NCBI GenBank assembly: GCA_038228695.1
Contig: JBBRPA010000012.1
Span: 82 to 64,081, forward strand
Source of the DNA: Chthoniobacterales bacterium
GTDB lineage: Bacteria; Verrucomicrobiota; Verrucomicrobiia; Chthoniobacterales; DASVRZ01
DNA length: 64,000 nucleotides
Direction: 5' to 3'
Shown: in pieces, positions 36,830 through 45,848 of the stretch
Layout of the letters: each line of letters begins with the position of its first letter
Position numbering within the stretch: position 1 is the first letter of the stretch
Notes under the pieces: generated by a model
What the model saw: only the letters and a program-made list of their open reading frames with translations
Databases searched by the model: none
What the model was told of the DNA's origin: nothing
Made by a program: the position numbers and the translations under genes

Positions 36830-39025
36830 TTAACGCAAGAACGCTTCGTGCAAGCCGCCATCGACAGTGATGATCTGGCCGGTCGTCTTGCTGAGTCGGT
36901 TGCTAACGAGAAGGAAATACGCCTCCGCTTGGTCCGCCGGAGTGATGGGCGCCTTGGTTAGCGTGCGATCGGCGTAAAACTGCGCCAGCTTGCTAACGAG
37001 CGATTCGGTCGCCTCGTCGTCGGTGTAGGGGATGTTATACTTGGCGAGGGAGCCGATCACGCGGTCACGCGGAAACATGGCCGAGCCCTGCACCACGGTG
37101 GCCGGAGCCACTCCGTTGACCCGGACGAGTGGCGCGAGTTCGATGGCGAGTTCGCGCACAAGATGGTTCGCAGCCGCCTTGCTCGTGTCGTAGGCGACGC
37201 TGCCCTTTTTTGCGACGGCAGCGTTGGCGCTGGTGGTGAGGACAAGCGCCCCTTTCAGTCCCTGTTCTTTCCAGGTTTTGTAGGCTTCATCGGCAACGAA
37301 ATAGAGGCCCGCGACATTGATTCCAAAAGTCAGTGCCCATTTGTCATCCGGGATGTGGCCGCTGGTGTCGCTGGCGACAAAGATGCCGGCGGTGACTTCG
37401 ATGGCGTCGAAGCCGCCGTAAGCGAGCGCGACTTGATCGAGCATGACGCGAATGCTCGCGCGGTCGGTGATGTTAGCAGCGAGACCGATGGCAGGCCCGC
37501 AACCAGAGATGCCGCTACCCGCGACGCCAATGCCGAGACCAAGTTTATCGGTGATTTCTTTGGCGGTGGCTTCGGCGGCGACTTGGTTGAGATCAACGCA
37601 GACAATGTGGGCGCCTTCTTTGACGAGGCGATGGGCGGTTTCTTTGCCGATGCCGCTGCCGGCGCCGACAACGATGTGGATTTGTCGGGCTAGTTCTTTT
37701 TCGGCGGGCATGCGCTGGAGTTTGGCCTCCTCGAGCAGCCAGTATTCAATATCGAATGCTTCCTGCAAAGGCAGCGCGATGTATTCGTCGATCGCCTCGG
37801 CCCCACGCATCACTTCGACGGCGCAATTGTAGAATTCGGCGGTCACTCGACTTTCTGATTTATCCTTACCCCAAGCGATCATTCCGAGGCCGGGAATGAG
37901 AATGACGGTCGGGTTTGGGTCGCGCATGGCGGGCGAGTTAGGTCGCTTGCAGGAATTGTAGTAGGCGAAATAGTCATCGCGATATTCAGCGAGCCCGGAT
38001 GTTAGCTTTGCCTTGAGTTTTTCGATGTCCTCTTTCTGAGGATTCCAATCGACATAGAGCGGCTTGATCTTGGTCCGCAGGAAATGATCTGGGCAACTAG
38101 TGCCAAGGGCGGCGAGCCGTAGGGCGTCGTTACTGTTAGCAAAACGGAGGATTTTTTCGTCGTCTTGGATCGTGCCGATAAAGCGGGCCTTTTGCGAAAC
38201 CTGGCCGCGCAGCCAGGGAAGAATCGCAGCGAAGGTGGCGCGACGCGAGGTCTCTTCAAGGGCTGCGTATTTCGCTCCGCCAAACGCCTTCGCGTCCCCT
38301 CCTTTGGCTTGATATTTTTCCTCGATGAAGGCAGCGGCTTTCTCGATCAGCGCAAGAGTCAGCTCATAGCATTCCTTTTCGTCGTCGGCCCAGTTAATGA
38401 GTCCGTGTTGGCCCATGATAATACCGCGCACGCTGGAATTTTTCTGGCAGATGTCCTGCATGGCGAGGCCGAGTTCGAACCCGGGCCGGAGCCAAGGCGT
38501 GTGGACGACCTCATCGCCGAAGATCGCTTTGGTCAGAGCAACGGAATTTTTCGACGCCGCCACCGAAATTGCGGCGTTCGGATGCATGTGATCGACATGC
38601 TTCGCAGGAATGAATGAATGCAACGGGGTGTCAATCGAGCTAGGACGCGGATTCAAATTGAACGTGGCGTGTGAATACATACCGACCATTTGGTCTTCGG
38701 CACCGGTTTTCGGTCCGCGCTCCGGAGCCGCCGCATAAAGGTTCTGCAGCCCGAGGAGTTTTTCTTGATAGAGCGAGGAGAAGTTTTCCCGTTTGCTAGT
38801 GCGCAGATCGCCGCCACTGCCCTTGACCCAGAGAACCTCGGTTGGCTGGCCGGTGAGCGGATCTTTTTCGACAATCTTCGCCGAGGTGTTTCCGCCACCG
38901 GTATTGGTGATGCGTTGATCGGCACCCAGAATGTTCGAGCGATAGATCAAGCGCCCGACCGGATCGAGACTGGCGGCATGTTTGTCATCCCAGGAGTGTT
39001 TTACGTAGTGGTAGGTTTTGCTCAT
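36830..39025 (-). CDS. rhaD: bifunctional rhamnulose-1-phosphate aldolase/short-chain dehydrogenase
   Basis: class II aldolase 'GGGNTS','VKGSG','SIDTPLH','CPDHFLRTK' fused to SDR 'GAGSGIG','YDTSK'. Confidence 0.9.
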   Translation of the reverse strand: MSKTYHYVKHSWDDKHAASLDPVGRLIYRSNILGADQRITNTGGGNTSAKIVEKDPLTGQPTEVLWVKGSGGDLRTSKRENFSSLYQEKLLGLQNLYAAAPERGPKTGAEDQMVGMYSHATFNLNPRPSSIDTPLHSFIPAKHVDHMHPNAAISVAASKNSVALTKAIFGDEVVHTPWLRPGFELGLAMQDICQKNSSVRGIIMGQHGLINWADDEKECYELTLALIEKAAAFIEEKYQAKGGDAKAFGGAKYAALEETSRRATFAAILPWLRGQVSQKARFIGTIQDDEKILRFANSNDALRLAALGTSCPDHFLRTKIKPLYVDWNPQKEDIEKLKAKLTSGLAEYRDDYFAYYNSCKRPNSPAMRDPNPTVILIPGLGMIAWGKDKSESRVTAEFYNCAVEVMRGAEAIDEYIALPLQEAFDIEYWLLEEAKLQRMPAEKELARQIHIVVGAGSGIGKETAHRLVKEGAHIVCVDLNQVAAEATAKEITDKLGLGIGVAGSGISGCGPAIGLAANITDRASIRVMLDQVALAYGGFDAIEVTAGIFVASDTSGHIPDDKWALTFGINVAGLYFVADEAYKTWKEQGLKGALVLTTSANAAVAKKGSVAYDTSKAAANHLVRELAIELAPLVRVNGVAPATVVQGSAMFPRDRVIGSLAKYNIPYTDDEATESLVSKLAQFYADRTLTKAPITPADQAEAYFLLVSNRLSKTTGQIITVDGGLHEAFLR

Positions 39026-40473
39026 AAAGTTTTAAAAGTTTCAAACATCGCCTGCCACGCGGAGGTTTGCTGCGGTTGATAAGTGCGGACTGAAAAGGAA
39101 TCGGCCACCAACTGGCGTCCTTCCGGCAGTGATCCGATGTGGCCGAGGGCAAGCGCCTGCACGAGAACATTGCCGATAGCTGTGGCCTCGACCGGTCCGG
39201 CGACGACGGTTAGTCCGGTGGCGTCGGCGCAAAACTGGTTGAGAAGTTGACTTTGACTGCCGCCGCCGACGATGTGGATGCGGTTCAAGGAACGGCCGGT
39301 GAGCCTCTCGATCTCCGCGATCGTCTGGCGGTAAAGCAAGGCGAGGCTTTCGAGAATACAGCGCGTAAATTCGCCTGGCGTTCTGGGAATCGGCTGATGG
39401 GTCTCGCGGCAGAAAGCGACGATTTTCTCCGGCATCTCTCCCGGCTTCGCGAACCGAGCATCTCCCGGGTTAATAATGGAGCGCAGAGACTGGGCATTAT
39501 CGGCCTGTTCCATGAGCCACGCGTAAGAATAATCCTGCCCGGCCGCCTGCCAAGCGCGGCGGCATTCCTGCAGGATCCAGAGGCCGACGATATTTTTTAG
39601 GAAGCGCGTCGTGCCGCCGTAACCCGCCTCGTTGGTGAAATTAAATTCGCGAACTTTTTCGCTAATGTTAGGAGCCGCGAGTTCGACGCCAAGGAGCGAC
39701 CACGTTCCAGAGGAAAGGTAGGCCCAGTCGTCCCCTTTTGTTGCGGGGACGGCGGCGATGGCCGCGCCAGTGTCGTGCGAGCAGGTGGTGATAACCTCGA
39801 CTGCGCCAGGGCCAATCTCTGGTTTCATCCGGCCTAAAATTGTTCCGGGCGGGACGATCTTTGGGAAAATGCGCTTGGGGAAACCGGCGGCCACGATCAG
39901 TTTCTGCGACCAGTTGCGGAGCGCCGGATTGTAGAGTTGGGTGGTGCTAGCGAGGCTTTCATCGATGACGCCTACGCCGCTGAAAAGATAATTGAAGTAA
40001 TCGCTGATGGTTAGGAACGATGCGCTTTTCTCGAGGAGCTCTGCCCTCTCCGCACTCAATTGGTAGAGCGTGTTGAAAAACATGAACTGGATGCCAGTTT
40101 CCGCGAAAATTACCTCGTCCCCGAGGCGGTTCCTAACAGCCGGGAAAACTGCATCGGTCCGGCTATCGCGGTAGTGGTGCGGATTAGCCAGAGCCTTGCC
40201 GTCCGCGTCGAGCAGGACATAATCGACGCCCCACGAATCGACGCTCAGACTAACAACCTTCGGATTTTTTTCCAGCGCCAGGCGGATTCCGGTTTGGATG
40301 GATTCGAAAATCGCGGCTACATCCCAGCGAAGATCGCTTCCACTATCCGAAACGGCGCTGGGAAAACGGTGAATTTCCTCCAGCGATAGTTTTCCATCAG
40401 CCAGCGTTCCGAGCATGACCCGTCCGCTTTCCGCGCCGAGGTCGCAAGCGAGATACTGATAGGAATCCGACAC
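39022..40473 (-). CDS. rhaB: rhamnulokinase family sugar kinase
   Basis: 'DLGAESGR', 'DSWGVDY', 'SHDT', 'SSGTWSL', 'TNEAG', 'GGGS', 'GPVEATAIGN'; start moved to GTG 40473. Confidence 0.9.
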   Translation of the reverse strand: MSDSYQYLACDLGAESGRVMLGTLADGKLSLEEIHRFPSAVSDSGSDLRWDVAAIFESIQTGIRLALEKNPKVVSLSVDSWGVDYVLLDADGKALANPHHYRDSRTDAVFPAVRNRLGDEVIFAETGIQFMFFNTLYQLSAERAELLEKSASFLTISDYFNYLFSGVGVIDESLASTTQLYNPALRNWSQKLIVAAGFPKRIFPKIVPPGTILGRMKPEIGPGAVEVITTCSHDTGAAIAAVPATKGDDWAYLSSGTWSLLGVELAAPNISEKVREFNFTNEAGYGGTTRFLKNIVGLWILQECRRAWQAAGQDYSYAWLMEQADNAQSLRSIINPGDARFAKPGEMPEKIVAFCRETHQPIPRTPGEFTRCILESLALLYRQTIAEIERLTGRSLNRIHIVGGGSQSQLLNQFCADATGLTVVAGPVEATAIGNVLVQALALGHIGSLPEGRQLVADSFSVRTYQPQQTSAWQAMFETFKTL

Positions 40474-40487
40474 GAGGATTGGTGGGG

Positions 40488-41264
40488 TTAGGCGGGTACA
40501 AACTGCCGGCGGGTGAGCGAAATGTTTGCCGCGTGGAGTTGATCTCCAGTTGCGTCGGTGATGATATGGGGCACTTCGCTCCAAGAGGCCAGCGGACAGG
40601 CTGCCGTGTGCTGAAGCTTGGTGGCGTCGAGGCAGAAAAAGACGTTTTCCGTGCGGGAAAGGACCGTCCGCTGGAGCAGGACCACGTCTGCCTGCGAGTT
40701 CCAAATGCCATCACTGGTCATTCCCTCCGCACTCAAGAAGGCGGCGTCAAATTCCCAAGCTTCCGTGGCCTGGCGCGCGCGGTCGCCTAACAAGACGGCC
40801 TGCCGGCTAAAAAACTGGCCGCCGAGCAGATGGGTCTGAAGTCCGCTGACCGGGCTGAGAATTTCCGCGATCGGAAGGTTGTTTGTAACCACGGTCAGGT
40901 CGGTTAACGTGCTTTTGGCAATCTCCCGAGCTACCGCAAGTAAGGTCGTGCCAGCGTCGAGAAAATAGGTTTCGCCAGATTTCATCTGCCGGACTGCGGT
41001 CGCTGCGATGCGTTGCTTGGAGGCAGCGGAAATGAGTTGGCGCTCGCGGAAGGCCGGAAATTGGTCCGCATATTCTCCCATCGCACCGCCGTAGGTGCGG
41101 GTGATTTTTCCGTCCTCGGAAAGCGCAGCGAGGTCGCGGCGGGCGGTCGCCTCAGAGACGCCAAGGAGCCGGCAAATTTTGCTGATCGAAAGGTAACGAT
41201 CGCTTTTCAGAAGAGCCCGCAATCCTTCGCGGCGGGCGTTAACTTGTTGGAGGGAAACTTTCAA
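40488..41264 (-). CDS. DeoR/GlpR transcriptional regulator
   Basis: HTH 'LGVSEATARRDL', 'RTYGGA', 'LDAGTT', 'VTNN'; start uncertain (TTG 41264 or 41300). Confidence 0.9.
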   Translation of the reverse strand: MKVSLQQVNARREGLRALLKSDRYLSISKICRLLGVSEATARRDLAALSEDGKITRTYGGAMGEYADQFPAFRERQLISAASKQRIAATAVRQMKSGETYFLDAGTTLLAVAREIAKSTLTDLTVVTNNLPIAEILSPVSGLQTHLLGGQFFSRQAVLLGDRARQATEAWEFDAAFLSAEGMTSDGIWNSQADVVLLQRTVLSRTENVFFCLDATKLQHTAACPLASWSEVPHIITDATGDQLHAANISLTRRQFVPA

Positions 41265-41283
41265 CGTAGCCGAATTAAGTCGG

Positions 41284-41307
41284 TTTATGATCGGAGTCAA
41301 TCATAAA
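41284..41307. promoter_or_regulatory. candidate DeoR operator
   Basis: perfect 8-bp inverted repeat TTTATGAT-N8-ATCATAAA overlapping a minus-strand TTGACT upstream of the sugar operon. Confidence 0.5.
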
Positions 41308-41344
41308 ATCGGCAAGGGCGAGTCAGAGAGGCTCGATGCCCAAT

Positions 41345-42094
41345 TTAGAGTCGGATCGCGATGGGGAGGTTGGCTTTGCCGGTTGACCCGGGTTTCACCC
41401 GCCAGTTCGAGAGGACATGGCGTTTGATCGCAGCGTCGAGCGAGGAATTACCGGAGCTGTTGCTAAACTCCACCGAAGTGACACTTCCCCCTGAGTAATA
41501 GACTACCGCGGAGGCTCCGAGTTTTGCGCCCTGCAGACGCTGGCGCAGCGCATAAGGAACCTTGAAATCTGGTCTCGAAATAAAATCGGCTTTGCCTCCG
41601 CCGGATTTAACCGCACCGGTTCCGCCAGCGACACCGCCATGGGCGGCGTCGACGCCTTTGATTGCGCCGGGACGGGCGTTAGGATTGTAGGCAGGCGTTC
41701 CGGCAGGTTTAGTGGAGGGCGTTGAACTGGGTCGCGGAGTCGCTTTTGGCTTGGGCGCGGGAGTCGGGGTGGCTGCTTCCTCGGGCACTTCGAAGTCGTT
41801 TTGCACTACTGGCGGAGGAGGAGTGTCCTCGGGAACCGGCGGTGGGGTTGGCTCCGGTTCGGCTTCCGGTGGTGGTCCCGTCTCAGCGTCATTCGTTCCG
41901 AGCGGTGGCGGCTCTTTCTCATCACCTTGGATCTCAATATCGAGCGTGCTGTCGATCGGAGGCGGCGGGGGAGGTGTGAAGTATGCGCCGACATAGACCG
42001 CAGCACCGTGAAGCGCCATCGAGATCAGCAGGAAAACGACTAGAGTATAGTCCTTTTTTCCTGTGGATGGGCTGGGCAAGCGCGGAGCTGACAT
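41345..42094 (-). CDS. tonB: TonB-like energy transducer
   Basis: TM with S-M-A-L-H, long Pro-rich spacer, TonB_C-like end 'SSGNSSLDAA...W'. Confidence 0.8.
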   Translation of the reverse strand: MSAPRLPSPSTGKKDYTLVVFLLISMALHGAAVYVGAYFTPPPPPPIDSTLDIEIQGDEKEPPPLGTNDAETGPPPEAEPEPTPPPVPEDTPPPPVVQNDFEVPEEAATPTPAPKPKATPRPSSTPSTKPAGTPAYNPNARPGAIKGVDAAHGGVAGGTGAVKSGGGKADFISRPDFKVPYALRQRLQGAKLGASAVVYYSGGSVTSVEFSNSSGNSSLDAAIKRHVLSNWRVKPGSTGKANLPIAIRL

Positions 42095-42118
42095 CAGAAG
42101 AAAACCGTGGCGTGAAGT

Positions 42119-42616
42119 TTAAGGTGTAGTGGGGGCCGGTGCAGGTGGCGCAGGCGGAACGGCGGGCGCTCCGGGAGCGGTTGGAGTCTTCGGTTGCGCA
42201 CCACCGAGGGCCTCGGGACGGATTTCAAAGGCCACTTTAGTAATGCCTGCACGCTTCACGCGATCGAGCACGCTAACGACATCCCCGTGAGTCGAATCTT
42301 TGTCTCCACGAATGTAAATTTTTGTCTCCGGTTTTTTGGCGATTTCGTCCCGAAGCCGTTGCTCAAGCTGATCGAGGTCGACCTTGTCCTTTTCAAAATA
42401 AATCGAACCAGTGACATCGATCGTGACGGAGACAAAATCAGGTTTCTGCTCCGGCGTGCTCGTCGAGGCAGTGGGCATGTTGATCTTCATGCCGCGCATC
42501 TGAATCATGCTCAAGCTGACGAGCATGAACGACGCCAGCAGGAAGAACATGATGTCGATCAAAGGCACGATCTCGATCCGCGCTTTTTTATGGCGAATGG
42601 GTGATCCCAATTTCAT
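42119..42616 (-). CDS. exbD: ExbD/TolR family protein
   Basis: 'IVPLIDIMFFLLASFM', 'IRGDK'. Confidence 0.9.
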   Translation of the reverse strand: MKLGSPIRHKKARIEIVPLIDIMFFLLASFMLVSLSMIQMRGMKINMPTASTSTPEQKPDFVSVTIDVTGSIYFEKDKVDLDQLEQRLRDEIAKKPETKIYIRGDKDSTHGDVVSVLDRVKRAGITKVAFEIRPEALGGAQPKTPTAPGAPAVPPAPPAPAPTTP

Positions 42617-43239
42617 TTCGCAGAGCCTTTCTTGGCGCTCTTGAGCATGATTTCGAGATTGTTAGCAGCGGTCTCGATCTCAAACTGCAATTTAGCCACG
42701 AGAGAACCGAAATAATTATAAAATAGAACGACGAAAATAGCCACGCCGAGGCCGCAGGCCGTCGCGATCAGCGCCTCGCCGATGCCGCCCGAAACCTTAC
42801 TAACCTCAAGACCGGATTCACCGACGGCACTAAACGAATGCATGATTCCCAAAACGGTGCCCATCAATCCGAGGAGCGGCGCGATGGTGATCAGCGTGTC
42901 CATCGCGACAAGGAAACGTCCCGCTTTTTGCAGCTCTGTCCCGGAGGCGACGGAAAGGGCCCCCTCGAGGGAAGCATGGTGGTGATTGAGCGCGTGCCAG
43001 AGGACTTTGACGACAGGATCCTTCGCGTCCTTCGCCACCGCCGAAGCAGCAATCACATCTCCCTTTTCTAGCGCGGTGTAAACCTGCTCGAGCTTCGCCG
43101 GTTCCCGGCTGGCTCCGTGCGCCCCCCACCAGATGATGCGTTCCAAAATCACGGCCACGGCAGCGACCATAACCACGAGCATTGGCCACATGATCGGGCC
43201 ACCCTTGACGAATTGTTCGACGACGACATTTGCTATCAT
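42613..43239 (-). CDS. exbB: MotA/TolQ/ExbB proton channel protein
   Basis: 'GGPIMWP', 'APLLGLMGTVLGI', 'EALIATACGL'. Confidence 0.9.
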   Translation of the reverse strand: MIANVVVEQFVKGGPIMWPMLVVMVAAVAVILERIIWWGAHGASREPAKLEQVYTALEKGDVIAASAVAKDAKDPVVKVLWHALNHHHASLEGALSVASGTELQKAGRFLVAMDTLITIAPLLGLMGTVLGIMHSFSAVGESGLEVSKVSGGIGEALIATACGLGVAIFVVLFYNYFGSLVAKLQFEIETAANNLEIMLKSAKKGSAK

Positions 43240-43571
43240 AAATGAATTTTAATTAAACGAGCAGTGGTTGATGAGGTCGCTTCTCCGAGGGATTGAGCAC
43301 CGTCCTGAGAAAAAATCCCCAGTGTGACAAACCCCTGCGACCTATGATTCGATTTGTTGATTCCCTTCATATCACTTAAGTGACCGCTGACTTTCTCAGC
43401 GAACCCGTTTGGAAAAACCCTTTGTCCTCCAAAACACGTTGCATTGGTAAGATGCGTCGAAAAAACTGTCAAATGTTTATTCGATTCTCGACGAAGTTCC
43501 GCGTGGATTAGTTTTGCGAGCTTCTCTGCACAGCGCTTCTCCTTTCTCGTTGACTCGTGTATGCTCGAAGT

Positions 43572-44150
43572 ATGCCGGTCTGGTTGGAAACGTTTCTGCT
43601 CGCGTTCATTCCGCTTTTTGTCGCCCTCGATCCCCTCGGGTTGGTGCCCGTTTACCTCTCGCTTGCCAACGGGGTTCCTCCCAGCGGCCGAGGCCGGGTG
43701 GTCCGACAGGCTGTGGGCACGGCCGCACTCCTTGCGATCGGATTCATTTTCCTCGGTAAATTCATTTTCCACACTCTCGGGATCGGGATCGCAGATTTCA
43801 AAATTGCCGGAGGCCTCATCCTGCTCGCTTTAGCTGGCCAGGAAATTCTTCTACCCAAAGCGCGCGACCCCGCCGAACCTTCCGACTTCGGGGTGGTTCC
43901 CCTAGGAATGCCATTAATTGCCGGTCCCGCCATGCTTACCACCCTCCTGGCCTTGATCGACTCGGTCGGCCTCACCCGCACGCTCGTTTCGCTTGGGATT
44001 AACTTAGCCTTGGTTTACAGCGCTCTGACTTTTAGCGAGCACATTAAACGACTCCTAGGAGCCACTGCCCTGCGCGCCATTTCAAAAATGGTCGCGCTGC
44101 TTCTAGCTGCGATCGCGGTCAGCATGATCCGCCAAGGCTGGGCGAACTAG
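43572..44150 (+). CDS. MarC family integral membrane protein
   Basis: 'DPLG', 'FKIAGG', 'VVPLGMPLIAGPA'. Confidence 0.9.
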   Translation: MPVWLETFLLAFIPLFVALDPLGLVPVYLSLANGVPPSGRGRVVRQAVGTAALLAIGFIFLGKFIFHTLGIGIADFKIAGGLILLALAGQEILLPKARDPAEPSDFGVVPLGMPLIAGPAMLTTLLALIDSVGLTRTLVSLGINLALVYSALTFSEHIKRLLGATALRAISKMVALLLAAIAVSMIRQGWAN

Positions 44151-44156
44151 AAAACC

Positions 44157-45077
44157 ATGCCGCCGGCCCCCGTCAAAACCGCGCTGAAACCACGCGACCG
44201 CCGCCTCGAAACGGCGTTTTTCGACTATCTCGACGTCGAGCGCAACGCCTCGCCGCGCACGCTCACCGCCTACCGTCAGGCGCTCGAAAAATTTCACGAC
44301 CAACCCGAGTTTAAGGGATGGGACACGGTTGACGCGGCATTTTTTCGCCAAGTTTTGTTTGGCATGATGAAGGCGGACGTCGCGCGGTCCTACATCCGCC
44401 TGCAATTTGCCGCCTGCCGAAGTTTTTATCGGTTTCTGATGGAGCGTCACGGATTTGCAGCCAGCCCGATCAAAGAGATCCAGCTTCCCAAAACTGGTCG
44501 GCGCCTGCCCGTGGTCCTAACCATTGCCCAAATCGAGGAACTTTTCGCCCTGCCTTTGCAACTGCCTCTCACGCGCCAAGCACCCGCTTGGATGCCACAG
44601 CGCGATTGCGCCATCCTCGAGCTTTTCTACAGCAGCGGTTTGCGCCTTTCCGAACTTGCTGGACTCAACGTCGCCGATCTCGATCCCTACTCCGAGTCCG
44701 TGCGGGTAATAGGCAAGGGCAGCAAGGAACGCATCTGTCCCGTGGGAGGAACGGCGCTCACTTGCATTTCGAAATACCAAAGTGTGGCCAATGTCCGCAG
44801 CGGGCCCTTGTTCATTAATAAGCAGCGACGCCGCATGCACATCCGCTCCATCTGGCTCCTGCTCCGCAAATACGTCGCCGCCTCGAATATTCCGCTAAAA
44901 ATCAGCCCGCATAAACTTCGCCACAGTTTTGCCACCCATTTGCTCGATGCCGGAGCCGATCTCCGCAGCGTGCAAAGTCTTCTCGGTCACGCCAGCCTTT
45001 CCACGACGCAAATCTATACTCACGTGACCACGGAACGAATCAAAAAAGTTTACGACTCCGCCCATCCCCGGGCCTGA
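44157..45077 (+). CDS. xerC: tyrosine recombinase, XerC/XerD type
   Basis: 'RDCAILELFYSSGLRLSEL', 'GKGSKER', 'PHKLRHSFATHLL', 'LLGHASLSTTQIYTH'. Confidence 0.85.
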   Translation: MPPAPVKTALKPRDRRLETAFFDYLDVERNASPRTLTAYRQALEKFHDQPEFKGWDTVDAAFFRQVLFGMMKADVARSYIRLQFAACRSFYRFLMERHGFAASPIKEIQLPKTGRRLPVVLTIAQIEELFALPLQLPLTRQAPAWMPQRDCAILELFYSSGLRLSELAGLNVADLDPYSESVRVIGKGSKERICPVGGTALTCISKYQSVANVRSGPLFINKQRRRMHIRSIWLLLRKYVAASNIPLKISPHKLRHSFATHLLDAGADLRSVQSLLGHASLSTTQIYTHVTTERIKKVYDSAHPRA

Positions 45078-45434
45078 AAAGTATTTTGTGATTCACTGAA
45101 ACATCGAGCCGTAAAGTCCGTATTAGAGGATGAATGGCGGGAGTTTTTTTATTTTTCCGAGGGGTTTTTTCAGATCTTCTGCAGGCATTTGTGGGAACCC
45201 CGGGTTGGCCCCTCATTGCATTGGTAGGAATTGGCGTCCTTCTAGCTGCAGCATCGGTGCGGGGGAGCAAAAAATGAGCGAGCCACACGAATATCCCGGT
45301 CTGGAGAAAGTTCCGGCTCCGATCCCGCTCAAACCGCGAAAAATGGCCCTCCGATCCCATTTCATAGCAACCAATCCGTCCGGAAAAGCACTTCAAAAAA
45401 TACGCAAATCCCCATTTCAAAAAAAACAACTTCC

Positions 45435-45776
45435 ATGAAAGAAATCTACGAAGCGCTATTAAGAATGCAGTCTGCCCAAGAGGCTGAGGCCGGTCCTTTT
45501 TTTGCCGAAATGTGCAATCCAGAAGCTTGGCGGGAACTCCTTCGCCACATTATCGCCAACGACGACGACGATTTCGTCGCGCAAATGACCGAGGCAGCCG
45601 CCCTGGCGATCTGGGCACTAAAAACCGCCCGCGAGTCAGAGGAGTTGGACGCCGCCCTCGAAAACGCCTTCGCGGTCGAACCGGACTCAACCTTGGCCCC
45701 CGAGCCTGAACCCTCTCGGTTCGGTCCGATTGATCAGGCTATTCGGCTCTCGCGCAGCCGTCGGCTTTACGAATAG
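45435..45776 (+). CDS. hypothetical acidic helical protein
   Basis: 113-aa ORF with host-like codon usage, ATG after an A-rich leader. Confidence 0.6.
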   Translation: MKEIYEALLRMQSAQEAEAGPFFAEMCNPEAWRELLRHIIANDDDDFVAQMTEAAALAIWALKTARESEELDAALENAFAVEPDSTLAPEPEPSRFGPIDQAIRLSRSRRLYE

Positions 45777-45848
45777 GCCAGTTCATTGCGGAACGGCATC
45801 CGCCGGGCAATTTGCGGCCCCGTCCCTCTCGTGGAATCGTGCTCACGC

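Noticed and set aside
40474-40704. 77-aa N-terminal extension of the rhamnulokinase in the ORF track
   Set aside because: It overlaps the deoR gene in another frame, and the kinase motif begins just after GTG 40473.
41700-41990. Low-complexity G/C-rich repeats here and at 60160-60260 and 61320-61440
   Set aside because: They simply encode the Pro/Thr-rich linkers of TonB and the GH75 lipoprotein.
43240-43470. Cobalamin, TPP or glycine riboswitch upstream of exbBD-tonB
   Set aside because: The conserved cores of these families could not be found in the right order; kept only as an unassigned structured leader.
44157-45077. Tyrosine recombinase as the integrase of an island or of the attC cassette
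   Set aside because: Length and motifs fit housekeeping XerC/D, the IntI-specific insertion is not apparent, it is coupled to marC, and I saw no att repeats or cargo around it.
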